A stretch of DNA of 64,000 bases from Haliotis rubra (Eukaryota). The DNA lies in contig NW_025765059.1 in NCBI RefSeq assembly GCF_003918875.1, forward strand, positions 248,001 through 312,000. The letters run 5' to 3'. A program made the position numbers and the translations under genes. The notes beneath the pieces were generated by a model, which ran no database searches, was not told where the DNA came from, and saw only the letters and a program-made list of their open reading frames with translations. This document shows positions 13,807 through 51,878 of the stretch, piece by piece. Within the stretch, counting starts at the first letter, position 1. Every line of letters starts with the position of its first letter.

Positions 13807-14754
13807 TCACCAACAAGAATGATATTTGTGTATAATAGTTGAAATGCTTGCATGTATACATACTGAAGGTTGAATATTGAAGCAGTGACTGAAACAAAAT
13901 GTGGTCTTTTAAGACAAGAGTACCAGCAACTAAACTCTGATGATTAAATGGTGGGCATTTTCTGATGAGCATAGATACCTGTATATGGCCACTGATAATA
14001 CACGAGACAAAGCAGACATTTCTCTGACAACCCTGTGGGTATCCAGTTCAACAAGATGACAAAGACAATCCCATCTTTCAGAGAGTTTTTATTGTTGACA
14101 GAGACAGCACAATACAAGTAAATGAAAGAATTTACATATGATCACAATACGAATGGCATGTGTCTGGCAGAAATGAAACTGGACAAATTGTAAGAAATGG
14201 TAACAGTAGTTGATAGACTGGACAATGTGAATATATACATGGCCAACCAATGGCTGATCCAGTCAACAGATCATTCTAATTCCCTGGATTGGCCAATAGC
14301 TTACCCCTCACCACCAATGAGAGAGTTGTAGGATGAGGATCTGATGCTCTGAGAAACAACCCTCAGTTGGATGGGAGCCACTGACAAGGCAGTCTTGAAT
14401 GGGGTTTGATTAATATGGGAGCCACTGCCGAAGGAGACAGGTTCCAAAAAGGACTGAAGCCAATGCTGAAAGACATGAGCCTATAGTTCAACAGGATAAA
14501 CACTGGCAGTCACTAATGAGAGAACAGCTTCATCAGTGAAGGTGTAATCTTCTGCTGACCATGCCAGGTTCACAACCTATTTCCCTGGTGGTCAACCCTC
14601 ACACTGGCATCGATAAATGTGACAACTGGATTCCAGTCTGAGATAGCCATGCTAACTACATGCACCTTCGTTAAAAATTAGTTGTGCAAAACAATATCTT
14701 TAACCATTATTTGACACCAGCTGCTTCTGTAAATACTGGCTTGAGTTGGCTTCT

Positions 14755-16130
14755 TGACTGGCATAATGACACCAGCAGTCTCTCACTGACTGGTATACAG
14801 ACACCAGCAGGCTCTCAATGACTGGTCAACAGACACCAGAAGGCTCTCAATGACTGGTACACAGACACCAGCAGGCTCTCAGTGACTGGTATACAGACAC
14901 CAGAAGGCTCTCATTGACTGGTACACAGACATCAGCAGGCTCTCACTGACTGGCATAATGACACCAGCAGGCTCTCACTGACTGGCATAATGACACCAGC
15001 AGGCTCTCAGTGACTGGTATACAGACACCAGCAGGCTCTCACTGACTGGCATAATGACACCAGCAGGCTCTCACTGACTGGTATACAGACACCAGCAGGC
15101 TCTCACTGACTGGCATAATGACACCAGCAGGCTCTCACTGACTGGTATACAGACACCAGCAGGCTCTCAGTGACTGGTATGCAGACACCAGCAGGCTCTC
15201 AGTGACAGGTATATAGACACCAGCAGGCTCTCAGTGACTGGTATATAGACACCAGCAGGCTCTCACTGACTGGTATATAGACACCAGCAGGCTCTCAGTG
15301 ACTGGTATACAGACACCAGCAGGCTATCATTGACTGGTATATAGACACCAGCAGGCTCTCAGTGACTGGTATATAGACACCAGCAGGCTGTCACAAACTG
15401 GTATATAGACACCAGCAGGCTCTCAGTGACTGGTATATAGACACCAGCAGGCTCTCATTGACTGGTATATAGACACCAGCAGGCTCTCACTGACTGGTAT
15501 ATAGACACCAGCAGGCTCTCAGTGACTGGTATACAGTCACCAGCAGGCTATCATTGACTGGTATATAGACACCAGCAGGCTGTCAGTGAGTGGTATACAG
15601 ACACAAGAAGGCTCTAAATGACTGGTATACCGACATCAGCAGGCTCTCCCTGACTGGTATAAAGACACCAGAAGGCTCTAATTGACTGGTATACAGACAC
15701 TGGCAGGCTCTCATTGACTGGTATATAGACACCAGCAGGCTCTCAGTGACTGGTATACAGACACCAGCAGGCTCTCGTTAACTGGTATAAAGACACCAGA
15801 AGGCTCTCATTGACTGGTATACAGACACTTGCAGGCTCTCATTGACTGGTATACAGACACCAGCAGGCTCTCAGTGACTGGTATATAAACACCAGAAGGC
15901 TCTCAGTGACTGGTATACAGACAACGGGAGGCTCTCATTGACTGGTATATAGACACCAGCAGGCTCTCAGTGACTGGTATATAGACACCAGCTGGCTCTC
16001 ATTGACTGGTATACAGACACCAGCAGGCTCTCATTGACAGGTATATAGACACCAGTAGGCTCTCAATGACTGGTATACAGACACGAGCAGGCTCTCATTG
16101 ACTGGTATACAGACACCAGCAGGCTCTCAT
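14755..16130. repeat. 32-bp minisatellite
   Basis: Unit gacaccagcaggctctcactgactggtataca, ~42 copies. Confidence 0.95.
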
Positions 16131-17350
16131 TTATCGGTACAAAAATGCAAAGTCCATGACAACATGAACTGTAATTGATCACTTACTGCAAAATTGGTGT
16201 TGGGATAGAATAGAGATTCGAGATGAGATTGCCTCCTGACAGACTGGGACAGTTCCTGATTAAGTAGCATTGGGCTTGGAATGAGATATGGGCAGCTTGT
16301 AGCTCCCATCTGATAAATGCTACAAAAGAGGCAGCTAGTTGAGAACACTCATGAACATGGTTGTTTGACATGTTGCCATGCTTTGTAATGTACAAAGTTC
16401 CCTGCCTAAAACAACCATCTGTTACAGAACAAATAATGCAGTGTAATATGTACAAAGGAAATACATGTATATACAAAGATATTTACAATGAAAGTCATAA
16501 TAAGATCCAGTACACATTAATATACTCAGCCAAGGCTAAATTTTACCACAGTATCACTGAACAAATGAAATAATCCCTGACAGAAGCAGTGAGCTTATTC
16601 CATTCAACAAGCAGAACACATGTAGTTTTGCAAACACAAATCTCAGAGGCTTAAAGTAAATGAATAACATACTTATCATTCTGTTTCACAGACAATTATG
16701 TCTGGAGGTATCACATTCTCATAGATTTTTAAATTTGAAATTTGACATGCTTTGCTTTTGTTAGATTTGAACATAAAAAATAAAGCTTAAATCATTACAG
16801 AGCCATGTTCAGCAAAATCAACCGTAAAAACGTTATAAAAACTTATGAATTTTGAGAAACCATATACAATTGTTGCTTAAAGTATAGGGATATGACATTA
16901 CAACAAACACAACACACCAGCATGTTGCCAGTATGGCAGCCTGAGACAAGACAGATCAAGCATGGCATTTGTCAGCACTAGAGAGAAAGAAGAATAACAA
17001 ACTTCATTCAAAATTTGCTTAAATCCTGTCCAAACCTGCAAGATCCTATACACTCACACTATTTATTTAAAATGTTCCTGTGGAGCTCCAGACTGTTTAA
17101 CTTCCCTGTCCATGTTATATCAAATACATGTCCCCCACACAACTTCAAATACACACAACAGTATGGCAACTTCCTGCTGCCATCTTTAATGCCCAGTATC
17201 CCTGACCAGTCATTACTGTATTGGGCATATTTCAAGTCAATTTCCGAATTTCCATCTTCTAACACAGACAACCCAAAGCACTCGCTCAATGAGGCAATGC
17301 TGAGAACATTGATGTTTTCCAGTTGTCAAACCACACATACACAGGCAGTA

Positions 17351-26844
<9,494 letters not shown>

Positions 26845-27118
26845 TTTGGCTCAAAACTTCCTGTCCATTCAGACATGCGCAACCGGAAAACATTTTTGTA
26901 TTACTTGTGTTAAGACATATTTCTACTGAAACCATTGTTATAAGTGGAGGCAAAATAGAACAATCAAATATGACAAAAAAAATCCAAATAATAATTTTGA
27001 ACATCTTATGTTAATTTTAGGTACGTTTGTTATTGACAATGTTGTCTTTTATGAAATAAAAGAAATATTATATGCTTCTTATTATAAGTCGTTAAAGGCA
27101 TATCACCATCAGTTCAAG
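26845..27118. promoter_or_regulatory. Putative bidirectional promoter shared by DDA1 and COPS2
   Basis: Divergent ATGs 274 bp apart; ETS-like acttcctg (~26856) and accggaaa (~26882); NRF1-like catgcgca (~26874); YY1-like aaaatgg at the DDA1 start. Confidence 0.7.
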
Positions 27119-44000
<16,882 letters not shown>

Positions 44001-44813
44001 GGCGCACACTAACTGTGCTGCATGGCTACTTAGGGACTGGCTGACTAACAAACTGAAACCAGCCATGTTGTTGTGATTCCAGGAACTGAGATAGATGTGT
44101 CATCTGTGACTGACGTAATTTCATCTAGAGGATTCACTTACAATAACAGTTCTAACTTCTGGAAATGAGTCTTTCTGGCTTGATTTCCTACTTAAGCACA
44201 CAGAATGTGACTTTTCTTTGTCCTGTAGATACAAGTGTCATGCACGTCACCAGGTATAAGTGACCTATTCTGGCAGTCTGTTATGGACATGATTCTGCCC
44301 AATACTACTTGCTGCTTCTTCCAGAGTTTTCTGTGTATGAAGAAGAAACACAAAGGCGAATAATTGGATCTTTGTTGTGTACCCGGTACAAAGAATGTTT
44401 CAAAATATTGGATAACGCAAGGGAATAAAGTGATGTTTTCTATTTACAAATATCTTGTGACTTGTTGGGGAGTTTCATATTTGGCTCTTGGATTAATCAT
44501 TCATTTATGACAGTTTTTACCACACTAATCGCTTTTTGTGAGTATTATATTATGTACATATACAAGATTAAGTATTAATATATCACACAGGTGTTTTGTA
44601 TTAATTACCGACCTGTTTGGAACAGCTTATGTAATGACACATAATACTAATGTGAATAGAACCAGGGTATCTCACACCGAATATGATATAACAAGACTTT
44701 AGTTAAGTTTTGACTGCCATTTTCAAACATAAATTCCTGAAAGCGTGTGAGATCCATCCTTGAAAGTATGCTGCCAGTGTCAAGCAGTTTTATAGCAGAT
44801 GTCTCTGTCTTTT

Positions 44814-47800
44814 TCACAGCATGGATGTTGCATGTGTTCCATGCTGTGTGATGGGATGGGTCATGTAGTAGGTACACCCATCTGCCGTGGCAGTCTGCTG
44901 GGCTGGGAGGAAGGTCAAATCCACTCTGCTGATGCGGTGACTCCGCCCCTGGGTTGGCTCCAGTTGCAGGTCTTCCTTGACAAGATGGCCAACATGGTCG
45001 GCAATACCCAGACATCCAGACAGGCCGGTGGAACGAATTCCACCAACTGTGATCCACTGTCTGGAACATAGAATAAGAGTCATATCTATTTTCTATGAAT
45101 TAGTGGTTGGATGTCTGATCAGGCCAAATGAGACTCCACCTAACATAGTGTTGACTAGGGTCTCAGTCTCAGCAGACAAATAAAAAGAGGTAAATGTTGT
45201 TTAATGAGGCAGTAATATTTCAAGTATATCACAGGAGCCTGTAAATTGAATACCTAGCTACTACACAAAAAGGTGATGAGTGACTACCTTGTTTGGTCGC
45301 TGGTGATCTGATAATCCTTAAACTGGGTGGCAGGCCTCACACCAGTGTATTCTCCGATGACATCACAGCCGATCAGGTTTGGAATTGTCTTTTGGGCATG
45401 ATGGAGGAGCCTGGCCTTAATGAGTGGGTCAGGTGCTGGAATGGAGCGCTCCACCACATCCTCCGCTGTGGGGCCGATGATTAGATTGTTGTACACTGGA
45501 AAACAACGCAGGTACATCTGAGAAATTTATGACATAAATAAGTTGTGTGATTATCTAACGGTATGTAGACGGAGTAGGGTTGAGAGTATGTTGTAGGAGA
45601 GGGAGGTGCAAAGAAGTGGAGGCTGCTGGTGGGGGAGGAAGGGATGGGGAGTCCAAGCAGCTGGTTGGGGGGTTCGAGTTACTGGTCAAGGGGGAGGGAC
45701 AGGGGTGTGGAAACTGCTGGAGGAAGAGTCAGGGCTACTGGTTTGGGGTGATGGGGGGAGGAGGAGGAATGGGCAAGTACAGGCTACTGGTTTGGAGAGA
45801 GGAGTATAGAGTACTGGGGGAAGGGAATTGATGTGGGCGATAAGTAAGTGAAGCACCAGATATTCAGTGAGAAAGTTTCAAATGTACTGAACTTACCAGA
45901 TTTGAAAGCTATGACACCTTTCGTTTTGTCTGTTGGAACTGGGAGAATGCTGGAGTTGATGAGACTCCCTTTGTGTGAGCCATACACAATGTACTGCCCC
46001 TTCCTGGGCCTGATGCTGGAACAGTAGGGATGTTGCTCATGATTCCATCACAGTTATCACAATATACCATATATAACTGCAGATGCATGGATCAATGTGG
46101 ATTTGTTGACTTTCTACTTCCGATGAGGAGAAAATGAACAAAGGTTGTTGCTTCGGCTTTTGTATGGAACATTTTGAGTGATATGTCAACAATAATACTT
46201 GGACTCACTGGAAGTCATGTTTCCCTGCCAACTTGTCCACTTCATCACCATGGAGACCAGCACAGTTGATGACAGCCTTGCACTTTAAGGTGTTTTTATT
46301 AGTTGTGACAGTCCAGGAGCCATAGCTTTGTCTACTGCATGAAAGAACCTTGCAGTTTGTCCATACCTACAGAAATTGACCACAACAAACTGAAACCTTT
46401 CCATCTGTCCACACTGACCTCATTATCCAGTATACTGGCTGTCGTTGAAAGAGTGTACACTTAAGCAATACCAAATTTCACAAGAAAACAGGAAGTGGTC
46501 CTAAAATATATTGTGTATGTGTAAAATTTCGGATTTTTAAGGAGAAATATTTACATCGTTGAAATGTGGAAAATGTGATCATGTAGTTTTAATACTAATA
46601 GTGCAAGAGCTTTTGGCACTTCAAAGTATGGAGATAAGTGGTTTCCAGTTCTGTTTACATCTGTGTATCCACAACTGGTATGCTCCTTGCATCATGTCAA
46701 ATCACAAATAGTCATGCAATAATAGTAACAATGATATTTCTCAAAACACTTTGCATAAAGGACTTCAGTGTGTAACAGTTCACTTAAAATATTACAATCA
46801 ACATAACTGACATACTGTTTTGGACACTGTTGAGAGGTGTGGTTACACTCACCTGAGCCCCCTGCCTGCGGGAGTGATGAAGAAGAGCTACAGGCACATG
46901 CCAGGGATCGACAATTGTCTCCCCTGGAATCCACAGAGCTGAGTGGGCTTGTCTACAAAGGTTGGGTTCCATCTGGTACAGTTCGGAGGCTGTGATGTTG
47001 TAAATGTCAGGAATATGTTTGTCTTCAGACATTTTCTGTATCTCCTGGAGTTTCTGCCCCTTTTACAGAAATATACACTTGTACATTTCTCCATGACGTC
47101 ATGGATATAGCTGCCCCTATCTGGTATTACTTCCCCTGTAAACACTGGTGTCCCTGTTGGACTTGAGCAGTGTATTTTTTACCATCCCTGGTAGTACCTG
47201 TATATTATCCCATGCCATTATTGGTAGTGCCTGTATATTATCCCATGCCATTATTGGTAGTGCCTGTATATTATCCCATGCCATTATTGGTAGTGCATAT
47301 ATATTTTACCCCTTGCCATTACTGGTAGTGCCTGTATATTATCCCATGCCGTCCCTGGTAGTACCTGTATATTATCCCAAGACATTATTGGTAGTGTCTG
47401 TATATTATCCCATGCCATTATTGGCATTACCTGTATATTGTCTCGTGTCATCCCTTGTAGTACCTGTATATTGTCCCATACCTTTATTGGTAGTGCCCGT
47501 ATATTGTCCCATACCTTTATTGGTAGTGCCTGTGTATTGTCCAATACCTTTATTAGAAGTGCCTGTATATTGTCCCATCCTTTTATTGGTAGTGTTTGTA
47601 TATTGTCCCATACCTTTATTGGTAGTGCCAGTATTTTGTCCCATACCTTTATTGGTAGTGCTTATATATTGTCTCATACCTTTATTGGTAGTTCTTGTAT
47701 ATTGTCCCATACCTTTATTGGTAGTGCCTTGTATATTGTCCCATACCTTTATTGGTAGTGCCCGTATATTGTCCCATACCTTTATTGGTAGTGCCAGTAT

Positions 47801-50800
47801 ATTGTCCCATACCTTTATTGGTAGTGCCTGTATATTGTCCCATATATTGTCGTATATTGTCCCATACCTTTATTATTGGTAGTGCATACCTTTATTATAT
47901 TGTCCCATACCTTTATTGGTAGTGCCCATACCTTTATTGTTGTCTCATACCTTTATTGGTAGTGCCTGTATATTGTCCCATACCTTTATTTATTGGTAGT
48001 GCCTGTATATTGTCCCATACCTTTATTGGTAGTGCCCAATACCTATATTGTCCCATACCTTTATTGGTAGTGCCTTGTATATTGTAGTGCCCATATATTG
48101 TCATACCTTTATTGGTAGTGTCCCATACCTTTATTATATTAGTGCTTGTATATTGTCCCATACCTTTATTGGTAGTGCTGTATATTGTCTCATACCTTTA
48201 TTGGTAGTGCTTGTATATTGTCCCATACCCCAGTATATTGTCCCATCTTATTGGTATACCTTTATTGGTAGTGCTTGTATATTGTCCCATACCCATATAT
48301 TGTCTCATACCTTTATTGGTAGTGCCCTTCATATATTGTCTCATACCATTGGTAGTTTATTGTTGGTACCTTTATTGCTCATGTCCCATATTGTACCTTT
48401 CATATATTGTCCCATACCTTTATTGGTAGTGCCTGTATATTGTCCCATACCTTTATTGGTAGTGCCTGTATATTGTCCCATACCTTTATTGGTAGTGCCA
48501 GCATATTGTCCAATACCTTTATTGGTAGTGCCTGTATATTGTCCCTTACCTTTATTGTTAGTGCTTGTATATTGTCCCATACCTTTATTGGTAGTGCCCA
48601 TATATTGTCCCATACCTTTATTGGTAGTGCTTGTATATTGTCCCATACCTTTATTGGTAGTGCCGGTATATTGTCCCATACCTTTATTGGTAGTGCCCGT
48701 ATATTGCCCCATACCTTTATTGGTAGTGCCGGTATATTGTCCCATACCTTTATTGGTAGTGCCCATATATTGTCTCATATCTTTATTGGTAGTGCTTGTA
48801 TATTGTCCCATACCTTTATTGGTAGTGCCAGTATTTTGTCCCATACCTTTATCCCATACCTTTATTGGTATTGCCCATATATTGTCTCATACCTTTTATG
48901 GTAGTGCCCATATATTGTCTCATACCTTTATTGGTAGTGCTTGTATATTGTCCCATGCCATTATTGGTAGTGCCTGTATATTTTCCTATACCATTCCTGG
49001 TAGTACCTGAACATTATCCCATGCCATCCCTGGTAGTACCTGAACATTATCCCATGCCATTCCTGGTAGTACCTGAATATTATCCCATGCCACCATGCTT
49101 GCCCCAAGCCTTGTATATGGCACCCCCAGCTTGTCCAAGGTGTGGTAGATCCTCTGCTGACACAGTTTGATGCAGGTCAGCTCCAGGCTCCCTTGTGGAG
49201 CATCAAACCCTGTGTGGAGCATGCCGCTGACAGCATCAGGGTTGTTAGGATCAAATAAATATAAAGTTAATAATTGCAGATTTCTCTGCTGAGAATATTT
49301 ACACATGATTATGCCTACTACATTACTGGATTCAACCTTAAAAGGGACACTGATCCCGAAAGCAACTAATGTTTTGCTCCAACAATCTTATCACATCATT
49401 TAGCTGCCAGGTGGTCAGTCCCTGCTCCCTCGAACATGATGGACACGGGGACTGGACAGCTGTCCACATTGGCAAATTTCTTTAACCTAAACAATGGAAC
49501 AATAACAACAGTTGATGCCCATCAGATGGCGTTATTTGAAAATATCCCTGGTGGTTCCAGTCTGATTGTGATAAAGTATCCCAGCAGTGTAAGCTTTTCC
49601 AGATTTTCTAATGTGTGGATGGTAGGATAACTGATCCAATTTGATCCTATTAGCATTTCTATGTTTTTACCACGTTATTTAATCATGTCACGTAACAATG
49701 TGATGTCTATTGAACTATGATATTTCATTTGTTTGAATCCCTAAACTAAATCAACCCCACTTTGCCATTGTAGAAAATTCTGAAAAGTGACTAATAGGTA
49801 AATATAGGTATACTGGCTAGCGAACAGTTATTGCCAATACATCAGTATCACACGTGCGCAGTTCCCATCAATTACAATGATGGTAATTTTTCCCACGGTA
49901 TTTGATAACTTTTGATAAAGGAAAGCAAAAGAACATTCTTCATGGTAAGTAACATAAGAGAAAAATTAAAGGTAAAGTTATGGACTCTATAAAATGTTTT
50001 TAACTCAGTCGGTGGGTTGTCACACTTTAAGCAAGTTCAAGTTCATAAGTCCTTAATTGTTTCATTCCCTATCAATCTACTGTAAAATAAACACTCAAAT
50101 AGTCACACAATCAATGATTTGAGGTTGTATGATATAAATATATATATTACTTCACGAATACAGAGACCATATATGGTCTCTGACGAATAGCATGAGAACT
50201 TCGGGAATGGCGATAACTGTCACAGTTAGTTGTGAGAAAACATCTATTTATACTGCCATGTTTACCTTCTGCCGCGTTTTATAAAAACTTGATCAGCGGC
50301 AGTGACGGGCTGGACACATCGGTGAATAGCTAAATTAGTATCCTAATTAATTCTGATTCATAATTTAACGAACGGTGGAGTAATTTTATAAATACCGATA
50401 AAATATGGCGATAACTGTTCGGTAGCCAGTATACAGTTTAACTAAGCACACAGCAAATGCTTATATATGCATTTTTATGCAACAATGAAGTTGTGTTCGT
50501 ATCCTCAAAACAGTGTTGACCCCTACGATTTTGTAGGCAATCTAAATTGCATGCAATAGAGCCAGCAGCTGAGGTCGCGACCCAGTCAAGATTTCTGTGA
50601 TATCATCCGGGTAGTTGCGAGGGAAGAAACAATAACAAAAGCAACAACCAGTCACGGGAATGGCTCTGGATCAGTGTCCCTTTAAATTTCGACGTAGTGG
50701 ACTGGATGGATTCGTTGACCAGTCATATACATTCCACACTACAACCGATCTTACCTACCTCTGTTGGTCACCATAGTGTAAATGTAATGTATCAACGTAT

Positions 50801-50993
50801 TTTTAAAACGTTTAGTGTATAAATGACTTGTTACGAGACTGTACCTGTTGCCGGAGCTGGCTTCGCTGAGGACGTTATCATTCTTCTCAAGTAAGGCGCA
50901 GCTGTATCCCATATTCGCGAGGTGGAAGGCTGTAGCACAGCCCACGACCCCACCCCCAATTAGGATCACGTCAAACACCTCACCTTCTGCCAT
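44814..50993 (-). CDS. FAD-dependent oxidoreductase, DAO family, GlpA/L-2-hydroxyglutarate dehydrogenase-like (~410 aa). Exons 50993-50845, 49226-49073, 47053(or 47059)-46853, 46366-46209, 46015-45897, 45495-45288, 45060-44814
   Basis: Rossmann motif DVILIGGGVVG...LLEK, ASSGNSGMLHTGFDAP..SLE, IPGETIVDPW, VINCAGLHGDEV, IRPRKGQY, NLIIGPTAED, YTGVRPAT, VGGIRSTGL; phase-consistent GT-AG introns. Confidence 0.9.
47175..49095. repeat. 33-bp minisatellite filling intron 2 of the oxidoreductase gene
   Basis: Unit tattgtcccatacctttattggtagtgcctgta; the first unit overlaps the exon 2 donor. Confidence 0.95.
49811..50431. mobile_element. Tc1/mariner-type MITE nested in the Kolobok-like element
   Basis: TIR tactggctagcgaacagttattgcca / tggcgataactgttcggtagccagta; TA TSD. 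Confidence 0.75.
50161..50182. mobile_element. 22-bp palindromic micro-element with a 7-bp TSD (P-like termini)
   Basis: acgaata|cagagaccatatatggtctctg|acgaata. Confidence 0.65.
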
Positions 50994-51044
50994 GTTGCAC
51001 ACACTTATATTCGTATCTGAACAACTGCGTCGCTTCCACGCCGG

Positions 51045-51054
51045 GTCACGTGAC
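51045..51054. promoter_or_regulatory. Palindromic E-box GTCACGTGAC (CLEAR/USF type) ~50 bp upstream of the oxidoreductase ATG
   Basis: Exact 10-bp palindrome in the proximal promoter position. Confidence 0.45.
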
Positions 51055-51878
51055 ACAGTTTTTTTATGCGTAAACATACAGAGGAATGGAAACTCGTTTC
51101 CGCTATAATTACTATTATAAACTCGAATTGATTCAGAGAAATGCATGTATATCGTCATCGTCTAAACAACTCGAGGCCGCCAAAAGACAGTGGCAATGAG
51201 CATGATTGTCGCTGTGTGTGTGTGTGTGTGCGTGCGTGTGTGTGTGGTGGGGGGATGATACATGTCTTAATTGCATATATACTTTCATTCTGTTCGGTCC
51301 GGTCCTCCAAGCTCAACAGAAAAAAATACTGAACGAAATAAACATGCTATGAACCTCAGCGAAAACATTGTTTCACATAACAGTCACCATTACGTCATAA
51401 TTGATCAATAACTTAATATCAAGACTTGGTCTTGTTATTATGAGGGGGAAGGTTATTACATTTCAAGCCACGATGTGATGATCATACCCTGGATATTCCC
51501 TGCTTTGCCCTTTCTCCAGTTTGGATTGATAGGGGGTGAATATTACCACCATTGCCTTTATTGATACAATATCTACTCTCTATATATATTACTTCTGAAT
51601 TTGTACTGCCACACAATTTTATACTGCCATAATATGATATCATTGAAGTGATTTGTGAACTTTTACTTTTAAGTTACTGTTAGAATAAAACTGTTAAGTA
51701 TAGCACATTTCTTTGTTGTTCGTTGGTTTCACCCGTAGTTCTCTTACGGGATGATTCCTGGTTTACTTCACACGTAACAAAATGACAACAAGAATACCAG
51801 TTTTCAGCTAGTACTTATAATGTAATTATGTAAAATACAGTGTACACAATAGCATATCCATTCAAAGGCTTGGGTTTT

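Larger units (their letters stand above)
49342..50681. mobile_element. Kolobok-like non-autonomous DNA transposon
   Basis: TIR agggacactgatcc / ggatcagtgtccct with TTAA on both sides. Confidence 0.7.

Noticed and set aside
45560-45830. G-rich ORFs in oxidoreductase intron 5
   Set aside because: Low-complexity purine-rich intron sequence with no coding signature.
47148-49010. 244-320 aa repetitive ORFs (YCPIPLLVVP / SHTFIGSA)
   Set aside because: Translation of the 33-bp array inside an intron of the opposite-strand gene.
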